From an uncultured delta proteobacterium (GTDB lineage: Bacteria; Desulfobacterota; Desulfobacteria; Desulfobacterales; B30-G6): a DNA stretch of 64,000 bases. Within the stretch, counting starts at the first letter, position 1, and the number at the start of each line of letters is the position of its first letter. Positions 1-9,886 of this stretch are shown one piece after another. The position numbers were made by a program, and so were the translations under genes. The notes under the pieces are model-generated. The model saw only the letters and a program-made list of their open reading frames with translations. It was not told where the DNA came from and did no database searches. Location of the stretch: assembly GCA_963823335.1 (NCBI GenBank), contig CAWGLD010000005.1, positions 64,001-128,000 of the forward strand. Reading direction: 5' to 3'.

Positions 1-1
1 C

Positions 2-181
2 TCCATACTACTGGTAGAAGAGGATGATGACCTGATGCTCATGACGGATATAGGCAAGATTATCCGGATGCCCATCAGGGGTATTTCCGTGATCAGCCGC
101 AATACCCAAGGTGTGACACTGATCGATATAGAAGAAGGCGAGCGTGTGGTTGGTGCCGCACGCCTGGCAGAAAAAGAATAA
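2..181 (+). CDS. gyrA: DNA gyrase subunit A, C-terminal end (partial)
   Basis: Manual translation SILLVEEDDDLMLMTDIGKIIRMPIRGISVISRNTQGVTLIDIEEGERVVGAARLAEKE* contains the GyrA beta-pinwheel motif SRNTQGV; absent from the ORF track because it has no start in the window. Confidence 0.85.
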   Translation, partial: SILLVEEDDDLMLMTDIGKIIRMPIRGISVISRNTQGVTLIDIEEGERVVGAARLAEKE

Positions 182-183
182 AT

Positions 184-1212
184 ATGTCTGAAGACATAAC
201 GAGATATAAAATTGGTGTTGTGGGCGCCGGCAGTTGGGGGACCGCCCTGGCGAATCTTCTCGCCACAAAGGGGTATGCCGTTGACTTGTGGGTTTATGAG
301 GCATCTGTCAGGGATGAAATTCTGAAAAACAGGGAAAACCGGTCATTTCTTCCTGGTATCACCTTGTCCAGTCAACTGACCCCCTGGAATGATATTGCCG
401 ATGTCGTTACGGGTAAAGACATGGTTCTGACGGTGGTGCCGTCCCATCTTGTTCGGCAGGTTGCAGCCAAAATGGAGCCTCACATCTCTGCCGATACGAT
501 TATCGTGTCGGCTTCAAAGGGCATAGAGAATAAGACCTATCTGACCATGACCCGGGTGTTAGGTGACATGCTCCCGAAAATCCGCAAAGGAAACTTTGCC
601 GTACTGTCGGGACCGAGTTTTGCTTCTGAAGTGGCCAGGGCCATGCCTACTGTCTTGACGGTGGCCTCGGGTGACTTGAAAATAGCTGAAACCATCCAGC
701 ATGTTTTTGCGACGCCATTTTTTCGGGTATACACCAACGATGACCCCATCGGCGTGGAACTGGGAGGGTCGGTAAAGAATGTGATTGCCATAGCAGCAGG
801 CATTATCGATGGTCTGGGTCTCGGTTTGAATACCCGTGCGGCGTTGATTACAAGGGGTCAGACCGAAATCAGGAGACTGGGTCTGAAAATGGGAGCCAAT
901 CCCAGAACATTCACCGGTCTTGCCGGTATCGGTGATCTGATTCTGACATGTACGGGTGACCTGAGCCGAAATCATACGGTCGGCAAGAGAATCGGCCAGG
1001 GTGAAAAACTTGCCGATATTCTGTCGGGCATGAATATGGTGGCAGAGGGAATCAAAACATCTGAATCCGTGTATAATTTTTCCCGCAGTCTGGGTGTAGA
1101 AATGCCTATTTCTCATGAGATTTATCATGTGTTGTATGATGATGTCTCTCCGGAGGATGCGCTGTTTCGTCTCATGACCCGGGATCTCAAACACGAGTTG
1201 GATGAGAATTAA
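184..1212 (+). CDS. gpsA: NAD(P)H-dependent glycerol-3-phosphate dehydrogenase
   Basis: GAGSWGTALA Rossmann motif, LSGPSFA, GGSVKNVIAIAAG, GDLILTC..LSRN. Confidence 0.96.
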   Translation: MSEDITRYKIGVVGAGSWGTALANLLATKGYAVDLWVYEASVRDEILKNRENRSFLPGITLSSQLTPWNDIADVVTGKDMVLTVVPSHLVRQVAAKMEPHISADTIIVSASKGIENKTYLTMTRVLGDMLPKIRKGNFAVLSGPSFASEVARAMPTVLTVASGDLKIAETIQHVFATPFFRVYTNDDPIGVELGGSVKNVIAIAAGIIDGLGLGLNTRAALITRGQTEIRRLGLKMGANPRTFTGLAGIGDLILTCTGDLSRNHTVGKRIGQGEKLADILSGMNMVAEGIKTSESVYNFSRSLGVEMPISHEIYHVLYDDVSPEDALFRLMTRDLKHELDEN

Positions 1213-1329
1213 ACCTCAACTGAGCGATTTTTCCCGAAGAGATCGGTGCAGATCGAGAAAAAAAACGCTCAGTTCAGGCCAAACCCAAGGTGAGCAGTTC
1301 AGATTTTAAATTGATTGGGTGGAAAAGCG

Positions 1330-2073
1330 ATGGATCGGAGGCAGGAACATAAGGGTGCCGGCCACAGGCAGCGCTTGAGAGAAAAGTTTCTTGATACCGG
1401 TCTGGCAGGATTTCATGATTATGAAGTGATCGAGCTTCTCTTGACACTTGGGACGCCCCGCAAAGATTGCAAAGAGGCGGCAAAATCAGCCCTGAAACGA
1501 TTTAAGACACTCCAGGGGGTTTTTGAGGCATCTTCCCGGGAATTATGTGAGGTCGCCGGTATCGGTGAGAAGAATCTGTTCGGTATCAAATTGATCAAAG
1601 ATGCAGCAGATCGGTATTTGAATGCCAGGATACTGCGGAAAGATCCCATCAACAACTCAAAGGAGTTGTATGCGTATCTCACCGCCAGCATGAGAGATAA
1701 GAGCAGGGAATGCTTCAGGGCTGTTTACCTGGATGCCAAGAACAGGATTCTGGCCACAGAAACACTTTTTCAAGGGACTTTGACTGCCAGTTCCGTATAC
1801 CCGAGAGAGGTTGTCCGTGCAGCACTCGACCACCATGCTGCGGCGCTGATCTTCGCGCACAATCACCCATCCGGAGATCCCGAGCCTTCTGAGGAAGATA
1901 TCGCCATCACACGGAAACTTGTCTTTGCCTGTCAGATGATGGGCATTGCAGTTCATGAACATGTAATCATTGGACATAACCAATACTTCAGTTTTGCCGA
2001 TCAAGGCTATATGAAGAGATTGAACAGAGAATATGAACGAAGAGAAACCGAGTCGCCCAGCTTGCTTCGCTGA
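1330..2073 (+). CDS. radC: RadC family JAB-domain protein
   Basis: GHRQRLREKF N-terminus, HhH region, VYPREVV, AHNHPSGDPEPSEED JAB motif; start placed at ATG 1330. Confidence 0.93.
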   Translation: MDRRQEHKGAGHRQRLREKFLDTGLAGFHDYEVIELLLTLGTPRKDCKEAAKSALKRFKTLQGVFEASSRELCEVAGIGEKNLFGIKLIKDAADRYLNARILRKDPINNSKELYAYLTASMRDKSRECFRAVYLDAKNRILATETLFQGTLTASSVYPREVVRAALDHHAAALIFAHNHPSGDPEPSEEDIAITRKLVFACQMMGIAVHEHVIIGHNQYFSFADQGYMKRLNREYERRETESPSLLR

Positions 2074-2347
2074 TCTGGAAATTGTCTTTCCGGAAAGTGG
2101 TGACGGACTCAGGGCATCTCCTGAAACCTGCATGGCGTGTCTGCAGAAAACAGAGTGTCTGAGAACTGCCATGAAAGGAACATCCGGTATCAACGTGCGC
2201 GAGGCAGCCGTCGACAGGGCATACACATCCGGTTCAATGGGGTTTGTTGAGCGCTGGTCGAGAAAGAAGGAATTGAGTCGCCGGCTCAAGCAACAGGTCA
2301 AGAGAGAGAAATTACAAAAAGAAAAACAGCGGAGGGATGGACCATGA
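2033..2347 (+). CDS. hypothetical protein (Cys-containing N-terminus, basic C-terminus)
   Basis: 104-aa ORF filling the radC-pgk gap, ATGA overlap with pgk, PACF...CMAC...C pattern. Confidence 0.7.
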   Translation: MNEEKPSRPACFADLEIVFPESGDGLRASPETCMACLQKTECLRTAMKGTSGINVREAAVDRAYTSGSMGFVERWSRKKELSRRLKQQVKREKLQKEKQRRDGP

Positions 2348-3543
2348 AAACCATCAAGGACATCGCTATATCAAATAAAAAAGTCTTTATCAGGGTCGAT
2401 TTCAATGTGCCCCTGGACAGCAAACAGCAGATTACAGATGACGCCAGAATAGAAGCGGTGCTGCCGACACTGAAATATGCGTTGTCTCAGGATGCCTGCC
2501 TGATTCTTGCCTCACATCTGGGGCGGCCCAAAGGGCAAATCAAAGCGGAATTCAGTCTGCAACCGGTGGCCAGTCGTTTGGGTGAGATTCTAGGACTGGA
2601 TGTGATGATGGCCCCTGACTGTGTTGGTAAAGATGTGGCCGCAATCGTCGACGGTATGAAAGGCGGACAGGTATTGATGCTGGAGAACCTTCGTTTCTAT
2701 AAAGAGGAAGAACAGAATGACAGTGATTTTGGAAAAGCCCTGGCCGCTTTCTGTGATGTTTATATCAACGATGCCTTTGCCGTGTCCCATCGTGCCAATG
2801 CTTCGGTAGCGTCCATCACGGAGCATGCACCGGTTTCGGCAGCAGGATTGCTCCTGGAAAGGGAGCTCGATTTTTTTGATAAAGCCATGAAGAATCCTGT
2901 CCGTCCACTGGTGGCAGTTGTGGGTGGTGCCAAGATATCAAGCAAGTTGTCTGCACTGAAAAATATGTTGCAGCATGTGGATAAGATTATTGTGGGCGGC
3001 GCTATGGCAAATACCTTTATCAAAAGCAGCGGCTCTGATGTGGGCCAGTCGTTGATCGAAGAAGATTTGGTGGATACTGCCAGAAACGTTGTCGAAAAGG
3101 CCCGGGAACGCGGTATCAAATTCTATATGCCGGTGGATGTTGTCGTGGCGGATCGGTTGGACCCGGACGCACATGTGAAAAATGTCCCCATACAGGAAAT
3201 TCCACCGCAATGGTTGGCAGCGGATATAGGACCGGCCACATCCTGTCTCTTTTCAGAAGTACTTCAGGATGCCGGAACCATTATCTGGAACGGACCCATG
3301 GGGGTGTTTGAAATGGCACCCTTCAGTCAGGGAACATTTGAACTTGCCCGGGTGGTCGCAGGGTCAAAGGCTACATCCATCATCGGTGGTGGCGAAACCG
3401 GAAGTGCGGTGCAAAAAGCCGGTGTAGCCGACCAGATATCCTATATCTCCACCGGGGGCGGTGCCTTTCTGACACTCATGGAAGGGGAACAACTGGTGGC
3501 GGTAGCAGCCCTGGAAAAGGCCATGTCCCGGGAAATTTCATGA
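2344..3543 (+). CDS. pgk: phosphoglycerate kinase
   Basis: [44 protein letters not shown]. Confidence 0.98.
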   Translation: MKTIKDIAISNKKVFIRVDFNVPLDSKQQITDDARIEAVLPTLKYALSQDACLILASHLGRPKGQIKAEFSLQPVASRLGEILGLDVMMAPDCVGKDVAAIVDGMKGGQVLMLENLRFYKEEEQNDSDFGKALAAFCDVYINDAFAVSHRANASVASITEHAPVSAAGLLLERELDFFDKAMKNPVRPLVAVVGGAKISSKLSALKNMLQHVDKIIVGGAMANTFIKSSGSDVGQSLIEEDLVDTARNVVEKARERGIKFYMPVDVVVADRLDPDAHVKNVPIQEIPPQWLAADIGPATSCLFSEVLQDAGTIIWNGPMGVFEMAPFSQGTFELARVVAGSKATSIIGGGETGSAVQKAGVADQISYISTGGGAFLTLMEGEQLVAVAALEKAMSREIS

Positions 3544-4250
3544 AGGAGCTGGGTTTTCGTCGCTTGGCAGGCAGATGGGGTCTGGGTCTATTGGTCTTTT
3601 TTCTCATCCTGGGTCTGCTGCTCTTTTTTTATGGTGGAGAACTCTGGTCTTTGATTGTGCGCTTTTTTTCTTTTCTTTCGGACAGGGAAAAAACCAGTGC
3701 CTATATTGAAGGATTCGGCTCTACGGCTCCGCTGGTCTTTATGCTGGTACAAGTTCTTCAGGTTCTTCTGGCACCCGTACCCGGTGAGGCTACCGGGTTT
3801 ATCGGTGGCTATCTATTTGGTGTAACAAAAGGCTTTCTTTTATCGAGTATTGCGTTAAGCATCGGCTCCATCATCAACTTCGGTATCGGTCGGTTTTTCG
3901 GGCAACGGTATGTGAGAAAAGTCATACCACCCAAATACCTGGCACGATTCGATACGGTTGCCAGGCGGGAAGGTGTCTTGATCGTTTTTATGCTGTTCGT
4001 CTTTCCAGGGTTTCCAAAAGACTACCTGTGTCTGTTTCTGGGATTAAGCTCCCTTCCGTTCAAAATATTTTTTTTAATGACGACCATCGGCAGGATGCCG
4101 GGCACATTTATCCTGAGTCTGCAGGGCGCCATGCTGTTCGAACAGAACTATTTGATTCTGGCACTGGCGACAGTGATCTGTTCCATAATTTTCCTGATTG
4201 TTTACCGATACCGCGAATCTTTCTATACCTGGATCGAAAAGCAAACCTGA
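3540..4250 (+). CDS. TVP38/TMEM64 (DedA/VTT domain) membrane protein
   Basis: Hydrophobic; [31 protein letters not shown] motifs. Confidence 0.88.
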   Translation: MKELGFRRLAGRWGLGLLVFFLILGLLLFFYGGELWSLIVRFFSFLSDREKTSAYIEGFGSTAPLVFMLVQVLQVLLAPVPGEATGFIGGYLFGVTKGFLLSSIALSIGSIINFGIGRFFGQRYVRKVIPPKYLARFDTVARREGVLIVFMLFVFPGFPKDYLCLFLGLSSLPFKIFFLMTTIGRMPGTFILSLQGAMLFEQNYLILALATVICSIIFLIVYRYRESFYTWIEKQT

Positions 4251-4315
4251 CATCGTAGAACGATTTTGTGGGTCCAAACATTTCTTTTCTCATCTGCAAT
4301 ACCTGTTCCTAATAG

Positions 4316-4344
4316 TTGACCATTTATCGATTTGATGGTATGAT
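4316..4344 (+). promoter_or_regulatory. sigma70-type promoter (TTGACC-N17-TATGAT, extended -10)
   Basis: Near-consensus hexamers with 17-nt spacer, 40 nt upstream of the 4384 ORF (RBS AGGAG). Confidence 0.6.
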
Positions 4345-4383
4345 CTACCTATTATTCCATATTCCTAAAGACAGGAGAACGGC

Positions 4384-5445
4384 ATGGCATTTTGGGGTGT
4401 CCGGGAAGAGTTGAGCCGTGCAAATCAACTGAGACGTTCCTATTACGAGCTCTTGAGAGATGAGCTCGATCAATTTGTTCTTCAGTATGCATTAGTCGAC
4501 TCATTCAACAACTTCTTGTCGAAAAATGAAACATATCCCTTTGTAGCTAAGCGCGAATTAAAACCACGTGCCCGAATACCCGACCTCGAGTACGGAAGTC
4601 ACAACACCTTCCTGCTGCTCTTCGTAGAGGAAGCGGTGTCCGCCATTCATAAAAAATATATCCGGTTTTTTGATGTCAACAAAACAACCCTGGCAAATCT
4701 TCTCAATTCGCAGGCACTGACACTTTCCGAAAAGTACGACAGAAACCAGAAAAACCTGGAATCGGTTCATTTTTTCAACTTTCTGAAGGATCTTCTTCCG
4801 GTTGATTATGCATTGCTCATTCAACGAGATCCGGCCAGCAAAAAGAGACATCGATATTCCCTGTCCCACTTCCATGTCCGCGTAGACTGGCCTATCGCTG
4901 ATGCCGCCGAGGACCTGGCCAAGAGTCTTCGTTATATATCCCAGGACTTGTACGAAAGAGGGGACAAGTATGCCGAGGATATTCAAAAGAAATATTTTGA
5001 GTATTACGGTGTTCCTGTAATGGTCGGTGGCCGACGCACAGCGGCCATTGTCGCTGCCCAATACTTCAAGAGGATCAGCTGCATCACAACGGTTTATGTG
5101 GGCAGCAGTGAGTCGCGGGCATTGATACGGATTTCAGAGCGGGGAACTTCGAGGATCGTGCTCATCAAACTCAACGAGATGGAACTCAATGCGATTGCAG
5201 TGTCCAACCGGATCAAGCCCAAGACTTTCAAGAAAAACTATGTCGCCGTAAAGTACAACAATACCAACATCTGCCTGTTTCAGACCACCTATGGTTACAC
5301 CAACCATGCCCGACCGCCCGATGACGGCAAACTGCGGGATCTAAAGCCGGATCTCAACTGGCTTTCGGTCAGCGGGCAGCATATCCTGCCTAAACCCGGC
5401 GCCTGGAAAAGCCCGCCCATACCCTGGAACCTTGTTTACACATAA
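4384..5445 (+). CDS. hypothetical protein (353 aa, soluble, family not recognised)
   Basis: Long ORF with RBS and its own promoter; no motif I recognise. Confidence 0.8.
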   Translation: MAFWGVREELSRANQLRRSYYELLRDELDQFVLQYALVDSFNNFLSKNETYPFVAKRELKPRARIPDLEYGSHNTFLLLFVEEAVSAIHKKYIRFFDVNKTTLANLLNSQALTLSEKYDRNQKNLESVHFFNFLKDLLPVDYALLIQRDPASKKRHRYSLSHFHVRVDWPIADAAEDLAKSLRYISQDLYERGDKYAEDIQKKYFEYYGVPVMVGGRRTAAIVAAQYFKRISCITTVYVGSSESRALIRISERGTSRIVLIKLNEMELNAIAVSNRIKPKTFKKNYVAVKYNNTNICLFQTTYGYTNHARPPDDGKLRDLKPDLNWLSVSGQHILPKPGAWKSPPIPWNLVYT

Positions 5446-5519
5446 TCGTTACTACGAAATGTATCCCTGGAATCCACATTTCATGGAAACGCTCAGCTTA
5501 GGTTGAAAGAGGAGAGGAG

Positions 5520-6998
5520 ATGTCCGAACTCATTTTATCCATCGACCAGGGCACCACGGGAACGATGGTGCTGCTCATGGATGAAGAACTCACTATTCGT
5601 GGGAAAGGGTATCGAGAACTCAGACAGATCTACCCAAAACCCGGATGGGTCGAACATGATCCTGCAGACATATGGGCGTCCGTTCTAGGAGCCATCGAAC
5701 AAGCAATTCAGACAGGCGGCGTGACAGCATCGGAGATTGTCGGCATCGGTATTACCAATCAGCGTGAAACCAACCTAATCTGGAACCGCGGGACCGGCCA
5801 GCCTTATCACAATGCCATTGTGTGGCAATGCCGCAGAACTTCCGGGATCGTCGAGGAGTTGAAAGCCAAAGGGCACGAAACACTGTTTCAGAAGAGAACC
5901 GGTCTTTTGCTGGATCCCTACTTCAGTGGCACCAAACTCAAATGGCAGCTCGATAACATCACCGGCCTGCGAAAGGAAGTTGAGGCTGAAAGGGCTATTG
6001 CCGGAACAGTAGACACTTTCCTGGTCTGGAAACTAACGCAAGGAAAAGCCCATGTCACAGACGTCACCAACGCCTCCAGAACCTTGCTCATGAATCTTGA
6101 AACCTTGTCGTGGGACGATGAACTTTGCTCGATTCTCCGTGTGCCGAAAAGCATGCTGCCCGAAATCCGGAGCTGTTCCGAGATATATGGACACACCCGG
6201 CGTGTACCGGGCTTACCGGATGGCATTCCAATCTGCGGCATAGCAGGTGATCAGCAGGCCGCCTTGTTTGGCCAGGCCTGCTTTGAAAAAGGTGAAGCAA
6301 AGTGTACTTATGGAACCGGCGGGTTTCTGTTGATGAATACCGGGTCAACCCCGGTGCCCAGCAAAAACAGACTTTTGACAACGGTAGCCTGGAAAGTCAA
6401 AGATACGGTCGCCTATGCGCTCGAAGGATCGGCATTTATCGCTGGATCAGCCGTAAAATGGCTTCGGGATGGCTTGCAGTTTTTTGATGAGGCCTCTCAG
6501 ATAGAAGCTTTGGCGAGTCAGGTGGCGGATTCCGGGGGGGTTACAGTGGTTCCGGCATTTGTTGGACTGGGAGCGCCGCACTGGCGTTCGGAGGCCAGAG
6601 GACTGATTTGCGGATTGACCCTCGGGACCCATCGCGGGCATGTGGCTAGGGCGACCTTGGAAGGAATTGCCTTGCAGAACGTAGAGATTTTGCAAGCCAT
6701 GATTGCGGACACCAAACAGCCGCTGGTGCAGCTCAAAGTGGATGGCGGTGCGAGCGCCAATAACCTGTTGATGCAGATGCAGGCCGATTTTCTAGGCTGC
6801 CGTATCGTCCGCCCAGAAATGGTCGAGACCACGGCGCTGGGAGCTGCGTTTCTGGCCGGTCTGGGGGCGGGTGTGTGGCGGAATTTTGATGACATCGCCA
6901 GGGCCTGGAAAATGGACCGGGATTTTCAACCCGGTATTGATGAGCAAGAACGTTTAGAGGCTCTTCGTCGATGGCGTGAGGCGGTTCTAAAGGCTTGA
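5520..6998 (+). CDS. glpK: glycerol kinase
   Basis: SIDQGTT, GITNQRET, AIVWQCRRT, DPYFSGTK, GDQQAALFGQ, KCTYGTG, VDGGA. Confidence 0.97.
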   Translation: MSELILSIDQGTTGTMVLLMDEELTIRGKGYRELRQIYPKPGWVEHDPADIWASVLGAIEQAIQTGGVTASEIVGIGITNQRETNLIWNRGTGQPYHNAIVWQCRRTSGIVEELKAKGHETLFQKRTGLLLDPYFSGTKLKWQLDNITGLRKEVEAERAIAGTVDTFLVWKLTQGKAHVTDVTNASRTLLMNLETLSWDDELCSILRVPKSMLPEIRSCSEIYGHTRRVPGLPDGIPICGIAGDQQAALFGQACFEKGEAKCTYGTGGFLLMNTGSTPVPSKNRLLTTVAWKVKDTVAYALEGSAFIAGSAVKWLRDGLQFFDEASQIEALASQVADSGGVTVVPAFVGLGAPHWRSEARGLICGLTLGTHRGHVARATLEGIALQNVEILQAMIADTKQPLVQLKVDGGASANNLLMQMQADFLGCRIVRPEMVETTALGAAFLAGLGAGVWRNFDDIARAWKMDRDFQPGIDEQERLEALRRWREAVLKA

Positions 6999-7293
6999 AC
7001 CCCTGATGATGTTCGCATCCTATGCCGTTTCAATCACAGGATCTTTTTCATCTGCAGCTAATGCGCGATGTTCCCCCAATTCTATTCACAGTAAATCAGG
7101 GATCACCTATCAGTCTTGGAGACTTACTTTTGTTTGGTTCTTATTCTGTTTGCCGTCACCCGCCGAAGCGCAAGTCGGAAGCCAAACGGAACATACTTAT
7201 GACAACGCTGTTCGTTTAAACAAAATGTTGCAATAATACGATGGCTGTGTTAATAAAACTAAACAATTGAACAACAAATAGATAGGTTCTAAT

Positions 7294-7947
7294 GTGAATT
7301 CAGCTGATTTTGAGGCAATTATTCAAAGAGTGTTTGAGGCCACGGGAATCGATTCCCAAAACGAATTGGCCCAGGCTCTTCAGATCAATCGCTCAGCGGT
7401 CACCCAGGCAAGGAAAAAGGGGCAGGTGCCGGATCGCTGGCTGCTTAAGCTGTACAGGAAATACGGCTTGAACCCGGAATGGCTGGAAAAAGGTGACGGG
7501 CGCACCTTCTTAAAAAAAAACAATAGCGGGGCAGTTTCGGAATTTGAAAGAATACCCAAAGTCCATGCCAGGCTTTGTGCGGGTGACGGGTCTTTTGAAA
7601 CGGATGGGGATATCCAGTGCTTTTATGCCTTTCAAAAGGACTGGTTGCGAAAAAGGGGTTCAGCTGGGGCCATGGTGTTGTTCGATATTTTTGGGAACAG
7701 CATGGAGCCGGAGATCAGAAGCGGTGATACTGTTTTGGTCGACCAAAGTCAGAAGGCGATCCTGGCCGGGGCGATGTATGCCGTCGGTATTGAAGATACC
7801 ATTATGGTGAAACGGATTGAGAAGCGACCCAATAAGCTGGTATTGTTGAGCAATCACATGGACTATCTCCCAATTATGCTCAATAGGGAAGATGCCGACG
7901 CGGTGAGGATTATCGGTAAGGTTATCTGGAGTTGCCGTGAAATTTAA
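7294..7947 (+). CDS. phage CI-like HTH repressor with S24 (LexA-type) peptidase domain
   Basis: N-terminal HTH (SQNELAQALQINRSAVTQA), CAG cleavage-like site, GNSMEP catalytic Ser, VKR catalytic Lys, RIIGKVIW. Confidence 0.9.
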   Translation: MNSADFEAIIQRVFEATGIDSQNELAQALQINRSAVTQARKKGQVPDRWLLKLYRKYGLNPEWLEKGDGRTFLKKNNSGAVSEFERIPKVHARLCAGDGSFETDGDIQCFYAFQKDWLRKRGSAGAMVLFDIFGNSMEPEIRSGDTVLVDQSQKAILAGAMYAVGIEDTIMVKRIEKRPNKLVLLSNHMDYLPIMLNREDADAVRIIGKVIWSCREI

Positions 7948-8030
7948 ACAAATAGGATATTTAATTTTTGTTGGTATGTTCATATAAATAAACATCATGC
8001 ATAAATAAATTAAGCAAAGGAGACAGGAGA

Positions 8031-8183
8031 ATGACCGAGGATATGGTTCGGTGCCCCAAAGATTCAAAAATTATGTATCAACGGGATGTCTGTGAAAATG
8101 TTTTTCGCAAAGGAAATATCCGCTGCTGGTGTAAAACGTGTGAGGTATTTCAGGATGAAGAACTGGAGACGGAGGACCTGTAG
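8031..8183 (+). CDS. small Cys-rich protein (50 aa)
   Basis: MTEDMVRCPKDSKIMYQRDVCENVFRKGNIRCWCKTCEVFQDEELETEDL*; preceded by AAGGAGACAGGAGA; below the ORF-track length cutoff. Confidence 0.6.
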   Translation: MTEDMVRCPKDSKIMYQRDVCENVFRKGNIRCWCKTCEVFQDEELETEDL

Positions 8184-8400
8184 CCCGAATTTTTATGTGA
8201 GATGCGCGGGCTGGCGACGTCCTCAATTTGAGTCTCTGTTCTTTGGATGGCGTTTTGATGACCGAATAAAACCAAGCCGGGGATTGACATGTAAGTCAGA
8301 TCGCAGGAAAGATCAAACCGGCTGAACATGAAATCGTTGACAACACAGATTGCTATCTGTTCTGTTCAGCCGGTTTGCGTGGATATATTGCAGGGCGTGT

Positions 8401-8574
8401 TTAATATTCAAAATGTTCTGGGCAGGTATCGGTCTTTATCAGCGCTTGTCCACAATGGGGGCAGAAAGGCGTGGCTATATTATGCTCATCGACACATGCT
8501 TCTTGTGGAATACTTAACACATAGGGTCCTACACCGTCGTAATTGCAAGCTTCTTCTGGACAGGAAAATTCCAT
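8401..8574 (-). CDS. small zinc-ribbon-like protein (57 aa)
   Basis: MEFSCPEEACNYDGVGPYVLSIPQEACVDEHNIATPFCPHCGQALIKTDTCPEHFEY*; GGAG RBS; CxxxxC and CPHCG knuckles. Confidence 0.7.
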   Translation of the reverse strand: MEFSCPEEACNYDGVGPYVLSIPQEACVDEHNIATPFCPHCGQALIKTDTCPEHFEY

Positions 8575-8794
8575 TGTTGTATCTCCATTTTTATGTTTTT
8601 ACCCGACAACGTCATCCGTCTCATACCCTATGTACATTGGGTATGCAAGCGTATTTTGTATGAAGGCAACGCCTTGATGTGTTACCGGATAGTCACTTCA
8701 AATAATTCCTTTTATTGTTATATTCACCTAACTTAAACAAAATAGTCACAGTTCCGTCAATGGCAAGTCTATTTCATTCTAAAAGATCAAAATC

Positions 8795-8940
8795 ATGAAC
8801 CCATCTCAAAAATAGGATTTTGTTTCAAGATCAAGGCGATCTCAAGTTTCAACCCGCAGGAATACTTTTGTATTTTGAGGAGTTGAAACGAGAGAGCAAC
8901 ACAGAGATTGAGGCAAAAGACATTTTTGAGATAGGTTCAT
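8795..8940. mobile_element. MITE-like element, copy 1 (146 bp, 19-bp terminal inverted repeats)
   Basis: ATGAACCCATCTCAAAAAT ... ATTTTTGAGATAGGTTCAT (1 mismatch); interior homologous to the reverse complement of 35523-35670. Confidence 0.8.
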
Positions 8941-8961
8941 ATAAAAATGCATCAGGAGGAA

Positions 8962-9813
8962 ATGGTGAAACACGAAGAAGGGTATATGAAAGGTATTCGG
9001 AATTCCAATATTTACTATCAACAATGGTTATCGGAAGATAAACCCAAAGCTATTCTTTTGATAGTACATGGACTGGCAGAACACAGTGGGCGATATATGA
9101 ATGTTGTCAATCACTTTGTTCCATTGGGCTATGCCGTGTATGGGATCGATCACATTGGACATGGGAAGTCAGATGGAGAGAGAGCGTATGTGGAGGGATT
9201 CCAGGATTACACCGACACCCTGAGCACCTACGTTGATATGATTCGCGATTGGCAGCCGGGAAAACCACTGTTTTTAATCGGGCACAGTATGGGTGGTTTG
9301 ATCGGGGGCGCCTACCTGCTGGAACATCAGCACGAATTTGCAGGCGCCGTTCTTTCCGGCCCGGGTATTAAGGTTCCTGATAATATATCGCAGACCGTCA
9401 TTTTCATAGGCAAGATACTGTCCAAGATATTGCCCAAGATCGGGATTCTGCAACTGGATTCAAAAGGCGTCAGCAGGGACCCGGCCGTGGTGGATGCATA
9501 CGTCAATGATCCTATGGTATATACGGGAAAAATCACGGCCCGGCTGGGTGCTGAAATGCTAAGGACAATGCAGGAAGTTACAGACAATGCAGCCCGGATA
9601 AAGCTGCCGCTGACAATTCTGCAGGGAAGCGAAGATATATTGATTGATCCGAGAGGCGCTCAATTGCTTTATGAATCTGTAAGCTCAGAGGATAAATCGA
9701 TCAAGATCTATGAGGGTCTTTACCATGAAGTGTTCAATGAGCCGGAGCACGAGCAAGTCTTGAATGATGTCCAGAAATGGATAGAAGCGCATCTCGGTAC
9801 AGGCGCAACATAG
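8962..9813 (+). CDS. lysophospholipase/monoacylglycerol lipase (alpha/beta hydrolase)
   Basis: VHGLAEHSGRY, GHGKS, GHSMGG nucleophile, GLYHEVFNE; AGGAGG RBS before 8962/8965. Confidence 0.92.
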   Translation: MVKHEEGYMKGIRNSNIYYQQWLSEDKPKAILLIVHGLAEHSGRYMNVVNHFVPLGYAVYGIDHIGHGKSDGERAYVEGFQDYTDTLSTYVDMIRDWQPGKPLFLIGHSMGGLIGGAYLLEHQHEFAGAVLSGPGIKVPDNISQTVIFIGKILSKILPKIGILQLDSKGVSRDPAVVDAYVNDPMVYTGKITARLGAEMLRTMQEVTDNAARIKLPLTILQGSEDILIDPRGAQLLYESVSSEDKSIKIYEGLYHEVFNEPEHEQVLNDVQKWIEAHLGTGAT

Positions 9814-9886
9814 AGCGCAAGAACGAGGTCTTATGAAACAGCCTTTTTTATGGCGCATAAGATCTTCATGGGAGTCCATAACCACA

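Noticed and set aside
7294-7947. Prophage suggested by the CI-like repressor
   Set aside because: No integrase, structural or replication genes nearby
8328-8663. 111-aa plus-strand ORF from the track
   Set aside because: No RBS or motif; the overlapping minus-strand zinc-ribbon ORF is better supported
8761-8778. Possible sigma54 promoter TGGCAAGTCTATTTCA
   Set aside because: Lacks the GC at -12; the TGGCC..TTGC in module copy 3 also has the wrong spacing
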